A stretch of 64,000 nt of DNA, taken from assembly GCF_006345805.1 (NCBI RefSeq), contig NC_043004.1, positions 59,024,001-59,088,000 on the forward strand, given 5' to 3'. Positions 39,481 to 52,850 of the stretch are shown here, piece by piece (the stretch's first letter is position 1; each line of letters opens with the position of its first letter). The notes beneath the pieces are model-generated. The model did not search any database and was not told the origin of the DNA. It worked only from the letters and a program-made list of their open reading frames with translations. Made by a program: the position numbers and the translations under genes. Source of the DNA: Octopus sinensis. Lineage: Eukaryota.

Positions 39481-39854
39481 ACATATGTATATATGCATAT
39501 TTTAGAGGTAACTTATTAAGCTACGTTGATTTTTCCAAACAAGATACATATTTAACAAACATCAGTAATAACCAACCATTTTCTCCACAAGATAAAACGA
39601 GGAATATCTAGAATCATCGATTGACCTGGGAACTTTATGGTTCCAATTAAAATATGGAAGAATGGTATATGAAGTATCTTATTAAAAATAACTGCACCCA
39701 TATACATAAACACATACTCACTCGCATATATACATAAACATATATACATAAATATATGTGCGTATGTATGTGTATGAATGTTGATATTTATAGTACGTAT
39801 ATGTGAGTTTTTATATATATGTATGCATTCGTCTGAACACATGTATGTGGATTG

Positions 39855-40100
39855 AAAGAGCATAGGGTTTAATGGTTATTGGTTTGGGCCTTCCGGTCAT
39901 TGAGTAATTGGTTCGATCTCCTGACGAGGTGGTGCGTTATGTCATTGAGAATGGTACTTCGTTTCAGGTCGCCCCGGTTCAATCAACTGAAATTTATGAG
40001 CAGTCGAGCGATGGTGCTGTGCTCGTTCCCACCCCTCTGTGTCTGTCTCTCCCCAGCTACAACATCCTGGATATACTGCTGGCTGAAAAGTGAGGACTAA
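39855..40100 (+). mobile_element. Old, diverged tRNA-headed SINE
   Basis: GGTTTAATGGTT..GGTTCGATCTCC A/B-box-like head followed by a CTTGAG/TTTCAGGTCGCCCC-type body. Confidence 0.45.
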
Positions 40101-41358
40101 GAAAATGCCTCTACCTGTTCGCACTTATATATGTACCCCAAATAATTCCTGTAAACACGGCAGTTTCCTTGCTTTCAAATGACACCTATGTTCCTGTATG
40201 TGGCTAAGCATGAGGCCATCGCATATGTAGCTCTATGTTTTCATCCAAATATGTGTTCAAAAACATAGATTTGCAAGTTTACGCATGTGTAAATACATAT
40301 AATGTATGCTAATATTCTGGAATGTTTCTCATGTTTTCACAATTCCATTCAGGGTGCGAAGCAATAATTCTATCATTAGCTACGTTTTGTGAAGTCCAGT
40401 TTCTGAATATTGGTGCTGGAGCTATTAGTTACCTATCCAATTGATCTAATAGTTACATCTATAAATTTAACACGATAGTCCTAATGGAACACCAACGGAT
40501 TTCTCATCAGTTCGGCATAGAAGTTTTCATTTCCAGTAATTATTTGGAATAATGTAAGAGCGGTACCTCAGCATCACCGCAGTTCGATGACTGAAACAAG
40601 TTAAATTAGAAATCTGCTGAAATTAATTTCCTATTCTGAACACATTTTTCCCTTTGCCATATGATTTTGTCTGGTCTGTCTATTAGAATCGTTAAAGCCT
40701 CCGAAAAAGACCTATTTTGCTGTATTTTCTTCCGACTCTTGAGTTCTGATTATAAATCTTGCTGAGATAAATTTTGCTAATCATTCCTTCGGGTCCATTG
40801 AAATACAGTACCAGTCAAGTACTAGCGTCAAAGTTAACGACTAATAGTCTCTTACCGAAATTACTGGTCTTGTGTCTGAATTCGAAAATATGTCTAGGTA
40901 GTCATGCCTACATTTTACAAAGGCATTGAAGTTAACATTCATCCAATAGTCTTTCATATAATGGGTTGGTATGTTCTCCTCGCCAGAGTAACGGATTGCA
41001 TTGCGTGTACACGCACACACATACATACACACTCACACAGGCAGAGATCCAGGCATGCGTATATAGCGCACGTATACGCACATATATGACAAAATTGACA
41101 GCCTCCTCGAATCATGCTCAACCGCAGATTGATCACACGTTCGCCATTCCGAGTTTCTCACTTTTATATGCGTGGGTTCAGGCAAAGAACATACGAATAA
41201 GCTACTCTATGTATTGAGTACAACTATTTTTTGCTCATATTTTCAGTTGTTAGTCGTTTGTTCCAACTCTTTCAAGCTAGTGGTGCACAGAAAATAGTAA
41301 CTCAATAATTTTAGCGTTTCTCTAGACAAAAATATTATGAAATTAGTATCACTGTAAA

Positions 41359-41417
<59 letters not shown>

Positions 41418-41525
41418 GGAGAAGAAGAAGAAGAAGAAGAAGAAGAAGAAGAGAAGAAGAAGAAGAGAAGAAGAAGAAGAAGAAGAAGAAGAAGAATAAT
41501 AATAACGATAATAATAATAATAATA

Positions 41526-41582
<57 letters not shown>

Positions 41583-42645
41583 TCTATGTAATGATAATAA
41601 TACTTTCTATGTAATCTCAAGGTTTAAAACAAACATTTTTTTTTAGACATCCACCTGTACAACACAAAAAACAACCAAATATATGGCACACTAGGCATAG
41701 CAACAACGTGAACTTCCAACCTGTTGTCTCTTGAGGTCTCCGGGTGAGACTTGGAGCCAACTTGTACAAATATAAAGCAAAAGTCAAACATATAACAATA
41801 ATAATAATAATAATAATAATAACAATAATAATAATATTAATAATAAACTCAATATAGACATAAAAAGAAAATACCCAAAAGACCAATATCAATTGCTTAT
41901 TCTATAGATGGAGTCTGCATATTGGGATTTATATTTTCCTTTTGAAATGCGTGTATATGAATGCATATCTGATTTATTTTGGCGAATACTAGGAGTCCTG
42001 TGATCCTTTGTAAATATTTTGCTCGGTAAAAATAAATAAAAATCTAAAATAAAAGATAAGCATAAAACATGGCGTAGAGAACAGATGAAATTCACCTGAA
42101 ATGATGCACATAAACGACGGATTATCTTCAGAAGCATGTATTGTAGGTGACAGCATAGACGCGTTGAAGTAATTTTTTTCTTTTATCTCGCATGGGTTTT
42201 ATTTATGTGTTTGACATCTGAAGACTAAGGAGCGCGTTTTAGAAAAACAAATTTCACTTCATGAAACCTGCTGCCGACTCAAAATTCTAAATTAAAAATT
42301 ATATTAAGCTGAATTCGCCATTTCACTCAGATGATAAATAAGTTGATATGAATCTCTAAGTAAAATAAGTCACAAAGTGACTTCAAAGTTGAAAACTCCA
42401 TTTAATAACGCTTTGCCTTACTTCCGCCCACATCAAACACGTCAACAAGAGAGCAAAATAAGAAACGAATAAAACGTAAAAATGTAAAAAAATTAGATAA
42501 ATAGATAAACTAAATATAAGCAAAATTGAATATATGAAATATAGGAAAAGATATTAGGACCTGACGGTCGCATGGGAATATTGTGAGATCGATGACATTC
42601 AAGGAATAATATATTTTTAAAAATAAAAAAAAAGAATAGCATAAG

Positions 42646-42805
42646 TAGGCGAAGGCGTGGATGTGTGGTAAGAAGTTTACTTCAGAACCATATGGTTCAG
42701 GGTTCAATTCCACTGCGTGACACCTTGGGCAAGTGTCTTCTAGTATAGTCTCGGGCCGAAGAGCCATGAGAATGAATTTGGTAGAGGAAAAAAGCCTGTC
42801 TTGTA

Positions 42806-42858
<53 letters not shown>

Positions 42859-43647
42859 GCCTTTGTGTATGTGTTTGTCTCCCCACCCACACCGCTTTGC
42901 AGCTGGTGCTGGTGTGTTCATGTCCCCGTAACTTTGCGGTTCGGAAAAAAGACATCGATAGAATAAATAACAGGCTCACAAAATTAAATACTGGGGTTGA
43001 TTCATTCGATTAAAATCTTTCAAGGTGGTGCCCCAGCATCACCGCAGTCTAGTAACTGAAACAAGTAAAAAATAAAAGATGAAGGATAAAGTAAGATAGT
43101 TTAGTATGTGGGAGTGTTGGTCTCCTGACCACAAGGCCGTGGTTTCGGTTCACATTCCAGTTGGCAAGTTGTGTTTTTGAGAAAAATACATAATTTCACA
43201 CTCTTTTCAGTTCGTTCAACAGAAAATGAATACTAGTCTCTCCTTTACTCTCTCTTCTACTTGTTTCAGTCGTTTGACTGCGGCATTGCTGGAGCACCGC
43301 CTTTAGTCGAGCAAATCGACCCCAGGACTTATTCTTTGGAAGCCTAGTACTTATTCTATCGGTCTCTTTTGCCGAACCGCTAAGTTACGAGGACGTAAAC
43401 ACACCAGCATCGGTTGTCAAGCGACGTTAGGGTGACAAACACAGACACACAAACACACACAAACACACACAAACACACATATAAATATACATATATACGA
43501 CGGGCTTCTTTCAGTTTCCGTCTACCAAATCCACTCAGAAGGCTTTGGTCGACCCGAGGCTATAGAAGACCCTTTTCGAAGGTGCCACGCATGGGACTGA
43601 ACCCGGAACCATGCGGTTGGTAAGCAAGCTACTTACCACACAGCCAC
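42646..43647. mobile_element. Convergent inverted SINE family A pair (42646-43085 plus; 43240-43647 minus)
   Basis: Both near full length, ~155-bp spacer. Confidence 0.9.
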
Positions 43648-43689
43648 AACAAACTATTTAAAATAAAACGCAACGTTTCAATTAAATAC

Positions 43690-43743
43690 GGTCATACGGC
43701 GTAGTGGTCAAGATTCTGAGTTCGATTCCAAGCAGTGACCTGC

Positions 43744-43801
<58 letters not shown>

Positions 43802-43980
43802 AAATAATAACAACAATAACAATAATAATAACACAGAAAAATATCTTAGGAATGAGAACCCCGGTTCGAAATTTCTCCAAGACACCTGAAGAAGGCTGGA
43901 GGGTATATCAGTCGAAACGTTGTGTTAACAACAAACAAGATGAGGACAAATACCCGTCAAATGTAAATACTGTAAATTTA
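43690..43980 (+). mobile_element. Composite tRNA-head + (AAT)n + hammerhead-tail element
   Basis: GGTCA..TGACC acceptor-like stem with A-box CGGCGTAGTGG and B-box GAGTTCGATTCC (43690-43741); (AAT)n; second GGTTCGAAAT; hammerhead 43881-43926. Confidence 0.7.
43881..43926 (+). ncRNA. Minimal type-I hammerhead ribozyme motif, canonical core
   Basis: GACAC-CTGAAGA-A-GGCTG-GAGGGTATAT-CAGTC-GAAA-CGT-T-GTGTT; helix I 5 bp, helix II 5 bp, palindromic helix III ACGT; predicted cut after 43921. Confidence 0.75.
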
Positions 43981-44239
43981 TTCAGTCAGAGAAGCCCCAC
44001 TTATTCACCATTCAATTTTCTCACCAAGTTGTTATAGCTAGCGTATCGCAATAGTTTAGACAGAGTTGCACAGCAGTAGAAACAGAATCAAAAACAAGAG
44101 CAATAATAACAACAGCAGCAGCCAGGAGAAGAAGAAGAAAAAGAAGAAAAAAAAGAAGAAGAATAAGAATAAGAAGAACAACAACAAAACAAACAGTAAT
44201 AAATACAACAACAATAACTTACAAGAACAACAATAACTA

Positions 44240-44588
44240 CGACTTAAAGAGTAAAGACCCCCTTCGGTCATGAATGACCATGACATTGCACTTAAAAGCA
44301 ACTCTCCAAGGTACAAGTCCGGACAGGTTTGCTTTTTATGGAAGGCTAGAAGTCACCCATGCATACCAGTCTCTCCCCTCCACGCCATTGATGTTATCCA
44401 AGGGAACGGCAAAGGCCGATACAGTTTGGCACCAGAGACGTTGCAACTCATTTCTACAGATGAGTGAACTGGAACAATGTCAAAATAAAGTGTCTTGCTC
44501 AAGAATATAACACACAACCAGGTCCAGAAATCGAACTCACAACCTCATGACTGAGCTCGATGCTCAAACCACTGAGCCATGCGCCTTA
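44240..44588 (-). mobile_element. tRNA-headed SINE with CORE-like body
   Basis: Reverse complement: GGCGCATGGCTCAGTGGTT..GAGTTCGATTTC..CTTGAGCAAGACACTTTATT..CATCTGTAGAAATGAG..CATGACCGAAGGGGGTCTTTAC. Confidence 0.8.
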
Positions 44589-44989
44589 TAAGCAAACAAT
44601 TTATAAGATTTTAAAGGAATCAATTCAGAACCAATAATAAGTCTCAGACTTGTGAATCTCAGTCTTTATTGATGTAGTCTCTCTAAGATTCATGCGTCCG
44701 GTACCGAGGAGAATCTCTACCAAAGCCCTAGAGTAGTGATAAAGATTATCAAAAAAATGTCTCTTTAATATATTGTTTGTGTTCACAATAATGTTCTCTT
44801 CTAACAACATGACCAAACGTATTCACCATAAAAACTATATCGAATCAAAAATAAACCCCAACAATTACAAGCACTAACAAATAATATTAAGAAAAAAATA
44901 ATCGCTCGACACTTCCCTTAAAGTTGAACAACTGGCAATTAAACCACTAATGGTCCCCCAGACTGTTAGGCCTCAGTATTACTGAGAAT

Positions 44990-45205
44990 TAAAGCAGCGA
45001 GCTGGACGAGTCGTTACGAACGCCGGACAAAGTGCTTAGCGGCATTTAGTCCGTCTTTACGTTCTGAGTTCAAATTTCGCCGAGGTCGACTTTGTATTTC
45101 ATCCTTTCGAGGTCGATAAAATAAGTAACATTTCAGCACTGCTGTCGATGTAATCGACTTACCATCTACCCCGAAATTGCTGGCCTAGTGTCAAAATTTG
45201 AAATC
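44990..45205 (+). mobile_element. SINE family E, full length
   Basis: GCGAGCTGG..TTCTGAGTTCAAATT..CGAAATTGCTGGCCTAGTGTCAAAATTTGAAA. Confidence 0.9.
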
Positions 45206-45599
45206 AATATACCGAGTATTTCCCACGGCTGAAGCAAATCCTTGACATAGCTGGATACAACGTCATCCCAAAACCTGACCTAGCGTCACTCAACATTTAT
45301 TGTTATTCTATAAAGCTCAGTAGGATGTTAGTGTTGTTCCCTAATTTATAACGATGCTGATCACAGACAGAGAAAGGCCCTCAATTGGTTGGCACACAGT
45401 CACTCACGTACGACATACTCCCGCCTCTGGCCTACAACCGTGCTGTTTTTCTCTCACTGGTTTTTCTACCACTGCTATATTATGACTTCTGCATCTAGGA
45501 ACTGACTAGACTTGTGATCCTTCACCACCTCCACCATCACCACCTCCACCATCACCACCATCATCAAGCTTTATACTACTGAGAACATATGAAACAAGG

Positions 45600-45985
45600 A
45601 TTCTCTTTATTCTCTTTTACTCTTTTACTTGTTTCAGTCATTTGACTGCGGCCATGCTGGAGTACCGCCTTTAATCGAGCAACTCGACCCCGGGACTTAT
45701 TCTTTGTAAGCCCAGTATTTATTATAAGTGACGGGGACATAAACACACCAGCATCGGTTGTCAAGCAATGCTAGGGGGACAAACACAGACACACACACAT
45801 ATATATATATACATATATACGACGGGCTTCTTTCAGTTTCTGTCTACCAAATCCACTCACAAGGCTTTGGTCGGCCCGAGGTTATAGTAGAAGACACTTA
45901 CCCAAGGTGCCACGCAGTGGTACTGAACCCGGAACCATGTAGTTGGTAAACAAGCTACTTACCACACAGCCACTCCTGCGCCTGA
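45600..45985 (-). mobile_element. SINE family A, full length
   Basis: Complete head, body and tail in reverse. Confidence 0.9.
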
Positions 45986-47034
45986 TTAAAAATTTGTAAA
46001 AAGTATGGGTGTTTCGGACTAGTTATGTAAATACTTTGGATAGTAATGCCATCGATTATTCGAGAGCAGAAGACAAGATATGCTGGTCCCTGCTAACGGA
46101 GGAAAGACAAAATTTGAGTTCTTTTTGTGGATTCTGAGCCAAGAGAATTTCTCATGTTCACAGACTCAGAATGATATACATTATCCATCGCTCTTGTGAG
46201 TTCGATTTACAAATAAAAGACCTCAATATGTCATGAAAGACAGAACCACTTGGAGATAATGATGGGGAATTTGGACAGGCAAGCGGTTAATACTTTCAAG
46301 CCATAAACATTTGTTAACAATAAAACACAGTTTCAATTTTTTGAAGAAGTTAAATATTTATTCTGACGTAGAAATAAAATATTATAAAACGTTTACAATG
46401 TTTTAAACAAGGTAAGTTACAATACAAAGAAGACTAAGGTAATTCGCTATTTCATTCTTTTGTTTTATTTTTATATTCATTTATGTATTTATTTTTCCAT
46501 GGCATCATATTTACACCTTGTTATTTTTCTGTTTTTATTGCTTGTTCTTTCGTAGACACCACGTGGTAACGAAAAAATATTTGCATAATTATCTTTATTT
46601 TTATTTCTAAACTTTGAATTAATATCTCGGTTAATCAGTAGTAACACCAATATTTCTTTTACACTCATAAAATTGTTAGCAACAATAATGATAATATTTA
46701 AGTTTTTGCATGACTGAAAGCATTAGTCTAATAATTAGCTTGATAGACGTTAGATATTAATACTTTTATTTGTACAGTGAAATTTTTGATGTAAAGTTTT
46801 AATAAAGATAGTGAAAATTTAATAATTTTAAAAACAAAATCACTGCTTTTAAAATCAGTTTTCCTCTTATTGTTTCTCTTTATTTTATTCGTAACGAATA
46901 AAATAACGAAATTTCTTCTTTCGTAATTATCCTTAAAACCTTATTTCTATCGGCAATTTCTACGCATAGTCCATAATTAAATATAAATAATTAAATCATA
47001 AAATTTATGGTAATAATAATAATAATAATAATAG

Positions 47035-47240
47035 TTTCAAAATTTGTCACAAGGTCAGCAATTTCGGTGGAAGGGTTACTTCGATCCCAGAGTTCAACTG
47101 ATACTTTTTTTATCGACCCCCTAAAAGGATGAAAGGCAAAGTCGACCTCGGCTGAATTTGAACTCAGAACGTAAAGGCAGAAGAAATGCCGCTAAGCATT
47201 TCGCCCGGTGCGCTAACGATTCTGCCATGGTACTACTACA

Positions 47241-47291
<51 letters not shown>

Positions 47292-47460
47292 GCACACAAC
47301 AGAACTCAGAGTACCATAACATAAAATTTTCCGCTGAGGTCCAATTTATATTCCACCCTTTCAGGGTCTATAAAATAAGTGCCAGTTGAGTAAGGGGTCG
47401 ATGTAATCGGCTTACTCTTCCCTCAACCTTGCTGGCCTTGCGCCATACATTTTGAAGCCA
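47035..47460. mobile_element. Head-to-head SINE family E pair (47035-47225 minus; 47305-47460 plus) separated by (TAC)n
   Basis: Family E blocks in opposite orientation. Confidence 0.8.
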
Positions 47461-47645
47461 ATATAATGAGAAGCAACAAACTAAGCCCCATAGCGAAAGT
47501 AAGAGTACAATGCACCAAACACGAGGTGTGTACTCTCCTCGAATTCCCACATAAATAAGGACACAATGCCGTGCACACATGAGGAACATGGAGATGCATC
47601 AGGTGGTACAATAGAGACTCATACAAAAGTAAGGGAGACAAACCT

Positions 47646-47942
47646 GTGATGATGATGCTGTCGTTGATGATGATGATGATATCGTTGATTATGATTATGA
47701 TGATGATGATGATATCGTTGATGATGATGATGATGATGATGTCGTTGATGATGATGATGATGATGATGATGTCGATGGTGATGAGGTCGATGATGATGAT
47801 GTTGATGACGATGACAATGACGACCATGATGATGATGACGATGATGATGATGACGATAATGATGATGATGATAACAGTAGCAGCAGTAGCAACAACAACA
47901 ACAACAACAACAGCTGCAGCATCAGCAGCAACAGCAACAACA
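47646..47942. repeat. Degenerate (GAT)n then (CAA/CAG)n trinucleotide tract
   Basis: Direct reading; GATATCGTT/GTCGTT interruptions recur. Confidence 0.95.
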
Positions 47943-48039
47943 AAATGGCGAAATGAGGAAGTGAAAGAAATTTGTCTTTTTTTCCTCACTGTATAAATTA
48001 TGGCCAAACAATGTCTGGATAATAATTTAATTGTAGACG

Positions 48040-51000
48040 CCTTGGAAAACTATGAAATCAGTAACTCGACAGAAGAAGATAGAAGAAAGAAGAAATTTAC
48101 TCTATCGTTTTCATGCTGTCGCCAAACCGTATTTGAATTTATTACAGAACATTATGGAAGGTGAAAATGGTGAAAACACAGACAAAGACGAAGACAAAAT
48201 CATTAATAAAAATCTCACAGGTTCCATAGAAATACAGAAGGGTCAAGAATGTCATGTATATCTGAGATATCCTTTACCTCCCGCAAAATAACTCTGCCAA
48301 TACCAAACGCCAGTAAAGGTTTCAAATGAAATGGAAGAACAGAAGAATAAATCTGAATTATTACTGATGACAAAGAAAGGTGAGCCATTAGGAATTTTAA
48401 GAAGCGTGAAACCAAAATGACTAGGACAAAAAAATCTAGCATAAATGAAAGAGAGCTGTGATAACCCGTGGATTGAATTTAAAACAAAAGGGGTTACTTC
48501 TGGAAGAAGGAAGCAGAACAAACTACTGCCATGCTAGTTTCAAGTTCAATTTGATTTATATTGAATAGGGCAATTATCCCCCCAGAATCTCCGTGGAGAT
48601 GCAGAAGAGGCCTATGGTAGAAATCCTATGCTGAACAGGGCCTCATCAGTAAAGATAGAAAACTTGAAAACTAGATGCACCCACCTTTATCTGAAAGTGA
48701 CGCAATGTATATTGTGTGGATCTCATCCCTACTTAAAAGGCAAAAAGCAGATAAATTACAAACTGTGGCATCCCATTATCTTTTAAACATGACGCGGAAA
48801 ATAGCAGAGCAGTTAAGTTGGCTGCAGCGGTAAGAGACTCAAAGTTAAGCATACTAATACACAAGGCCACTACTGGCAGCCGCTCTAATATAATATCAAC
48901 CATATTTATAGATGTTAGATGTTTGTTGTGTAAGAAGGGAAATCAAATTGCTTACCTGAGAAATATGCTGCAATCTAGTAACAAACACAACAGCGGCTAA
49001 AGTACTTCGTCACTCGAGCTGACAAAGAAGAAACAAGTGAAGGGGAAATGGATATTCTTACATTCATTAAGAAACCTTACTCCTGGTTCTTTTGTCAAGC
49101 TCAAATTTACATGCGACATAACACAGGATTTTTTATTGCTTACTCAAGGTTGAAGGACGGTTTCTATCTATAATATTTTACAGGTTTCAGTGAATTAAGA
49201 ATTAAGAAAGGAAGAAATATGTTCTCAAATCGGAGACTCGGTCCGAATGCTTGTAACTGAATGGACTACGCTAAAGACACACAAGGAACAGGCGGTGGTG
49301 TTAAACCGAGTGACGAGTTAAGTACGTCATAAACAGATATACCTACTTGTGTAACATATCGTCCAATTTATGTTTCAGATCTTGACAGACCCAATAGTTA
49401 ATTTGAAGAGAGCTTCAGAAATATGAAAGTGTTATGAGCCAATCTGGGATGATATACCTGAGTATTTTCTCTTGAGTAACATTACCTTTCGGAACGCCAA
49501 ATGTTCTGACGATCATCCTCTCTTAAAAATATCACTGATCGGGTGAAAAGAAGCAAAATCTCTACTTGGCATCACGAACATAATGTTTACACAAGAAATA
49601 TTTAATCCAAAGTGGGGAAACATTACTCTAGATCTCAGCTTTCAAAATTACATTGAATTATCCCACTATGTGAAGATGATACGAATATTCTTTGACCACA
49701 AAAGACTATTTATCTTTCAAAAGAAACAGTAGACATAGATCTTTGAAGGTGTTCTGAAACTTTATCCAAAGTGGGATTTTATACGATTCACTGGAAATAT
49801 AATAAAAATTACAATTTCAAACAGGGCTGACTCTATGCATGGCAAGTGCGTTAAGCCGAAGCGATTGTTTAATGTTAATGCAAGCCATGTGCCTCAAATT
49901 TCTCTCAGAACGAAAATCTAATATTCACAAATATATAATTCCTAGGGGCAAAAAATACAAATGCATCTAAGAATAAAGATCTCAAGCTGTTTAAATGAAA
50001 TTATAGCAGCAAAAAAGCACTCTTAAAAATGAAATCTCTCAGGAGCAAAACATCTCCATGAAAATGAGAGACATAAAAAGAGAAGTAAGTGATGTTCAAA
50101 ACTTAAAAGCGAAGCCTGAAGCTTTTTTTTTTTTTTTTATAAAATCGCAAAGGAATTAGCTTTACTGTATATGCAAATAAAGCCAATGTTCCAAGGAAAT
50201 AATCCATGGACTGCAAACACCAAAAGGCTTGGAAAATTCTGAGTGAACAATTCAGAGGTGTTTACACCGCTGCGCGATGGAACATAAGGAAACCATGAAT
50301 GTTCTTTAACTCTACAATTCTGTACACCGAAGTAACAGAATCAATTCTTCAATCTCAATGTGGAATGTTTAATATCTGTCAAAACTGAAATGAGTTTCGA
50401 TTCATCGGCAAACCATAATGGGTTCTCGTCAATTCTCTTGAAAAAAAAAAGGGCCACAGTAAAGCAGAACCATTTAGAACATCTTTCAAAAATCTTCATT
50501 GCAAATGGTAAGCTCTTTTAAGAAGTTAAAAGACAGTATATGTTCTGTTTATAAAGGATGAAAAAAAGAAGATATTGAACTTCTAGGCTCATTCCTATCT
50601 TCACAATCCATCAAGGTCGTGGAACGAATTATTGGATGGTTAAATCGTCATGTTCATAAAAATAGCGACATCTTTTGTTTTGTTTAGACTGAATCTACTA
50701 CATACAGCTACTGCAGTGTTACAAGTGGGCATTTGAACAGGTGTTCGACTATTGTAGATAGAAAAAATCGCAAATTTGCAATTACCTTCGTCATAGTGGA
50801 TTTGGAAAATTTTGTGATCGCAGAAACGGTATTTGAAAAAATTCTGTGATTGCAGGAAAACTAGGAGAGTGACTGCATAACATTTAAAGAAACAAAGTTC
50901 TGAAAGAACTGATTATTCCAAATGAGTCCTTCAAGGAACTGTATTGAACTAATATTACTTGTTGTGGCCCACTTTTAGACATATCAACAGACAAGCAAAT

Positions 51001-51150
51001 AGCTCTACTCTCATAAGTCATACCGAGGTTTTGAAGATATTTAAGTCAAGCAAGAGCCTCGATAGTGTACAAAGACAAGTAGAAAGACCTCGGAGTGATA
51101 TACGCCTGGGCGGAATAAAACAACATGCAATTTAATGCTGGATAACGCTC
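48040..51150 (+). mobile_element. Heavily decayed CR1/L2-type LINE (possible ORF1 remnant, APE endonuclease, RT)
   Basis: Frameshifted motifs KDTQGTGGGV and CVTYRP (APE, ~49270-49350), EILSEQF..VFT, NGFSSILLKK, IKVVERII, YAWAE*NNMQFNAG (RT end, ~51100-51145); 5' boundary uncertain. Confidence 0.7.
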
Positions 51151-51725
51151 TTCACTGTAAGCTGTCACCATCATCCTTAACTATCAACCTTCATTATCAG
51201 CTGTCGTTAACATCTGTCAATATTATCATATACAATCTGCCTCCACCATCACCTGTCACTATTGCTTTTACTATCAGCTGTGATTATCATTCGGTGTTAT
51301 CAACCTTCATCATCAGTAATCACTATCAATCTTCGTCATCAACCTTCATTATCAGTCTTCACTATAAACCTTTACTATTCGCTGTCACTATCAGTTTTAC
51401 TCCTATCCTTCACTATCAGATTTTACTATCTCGTGTCACCGCCAATCATCACTATCAGCCTTCATTATCACACTTCACAATCAACAAACACTATCATCTT
51501 TCACTATCAGCTGTTAGTTTCAGCAGTTGTCCCTGCCAGCTTTCACTATGAGCAGTCGCTATATCCTATTATTATCAGCCTTCATTATCCCTCACTAAGC
51601 GACTTCATTTATCAGTTGTCTCTATAACCATTACTTCTCAACTGTTTATTATCAGCTATCACCAACAGCTCTCATTATCAGCCTTCATTATCAGTTCTCA
51701 CTAACAGGAGTCATTATCAGCTGTG
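51148..51725. repeat. Degenerate 13-bp minisatellite, roughly 45 units, consensus C(C/T)(T/G)TCA(T/C)TATCAG
   Basis: Units such as CCTTCATTATCAG, CTGTCACTATCAG, CTCTCATTATCAG, GAGTCATTATCAG stay in 13-bp phase. Confidence 0.8.
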
Positions 51726-52162
51726 AATTTCTAACAATTGTAGTCAGGATACACAGGATCAGGAGAAACTGAAAATTTAAAATCAATCGTTACATGAACA
51801 GATGATTGAGAAAAAAATGGTGCTCCCTTTCATGCGATATTACTGATATAGCAACGATATTTATTTGATTGGATTCAGAAATAATTTAAGATGGGAGAAC
51901 CAAAAGCTATGTTCGTAGAGAGGACATTTATTGTCTCAAATATAGTCACCACACAATGTTTAATTGATGTAGAACTGAAGTTGTTCAACGTTAATGCTGC
52001 AAAAGTATTGCTTCTATGCGGTAGTTGAATACAAAGATGGGTTGATACCAATACGACCCAACTGCATACCAAACGTGTGTAGTGATATATATTTGAAGTA
52101 TGTATTAACATTGCCATAGGTTTCCTTTCTCTCCATTTTTTGTTTTCCCGCTTATATACATA

Positions 52163-52216
<54 letters not shown>

Positions 52217-52370
52217 GAAATGAGGTACTCAGAAAATCGGATGGTTTATATTTACAGATATTTATTTGTATATTACATTTTTTATATATATAACTTAGAT
52301 CATGTATTAGCGCTTTCTCCCATTCTAGTGGGGTTTTCAAATCAAACTAAGTTCCTGTGTGAGGGGTTTT

Positions 52371-52850
52371 GACCATTTTATAGGGGTATTGAGTTTGTAG
52401 TGGCGGGGAGGAATATAAGACAGTACAAGAGGGTGATGGATGAGGAGAAAGTGAGAGAGAGAACATGTGCGTATGTGTGTGTGCGTGTGTGTGTGTGTGT
52501 TTTTGTATTTTGGGATGAGTGCTAAAGAAAAAGAGGGGAAGGGAGAAGGAAGAAGAAAAGAAGTTTTTGGGTCTGCTGGACAGTATGTATGTATGTATGT
52601 ATGTACGTGTGGAGACCGGGCGATATGTGTGTTTATGAGAGAAATACCTAAGCTCCACGCGGCTCCGGCAGAAGGTAATGGTGAACTTCTGCTGGCTCTT
52701 TCGTCACAACTTTCTCTCAACTTTCCTCCTGCATCTTGCAACTCACCTCCGACGGACCGGCGTCCCGTCCAGGTGGGGAAACTATACGCCAAGGAAACCG
52801 GGAAACCGGCTTTATGAGCCAGGCGTGGTTCCAGAAGGAACAAACATCAA
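52371..52850 (+). mobile_element. Second copy of the insert + SINE D body composite, no tRNA head
   Basis: Colinear with 35529-36005, high identity. Confidence 0.9.

Noticed and set aside
47646-47955. Poly-Asp/Ser/Asn frame resembling acidic shell-matrix proteins
   Set aside because: The frame is closed by TAA just upstream, with no start or acceptor; it is explained by (GAT)n/(CAA)n
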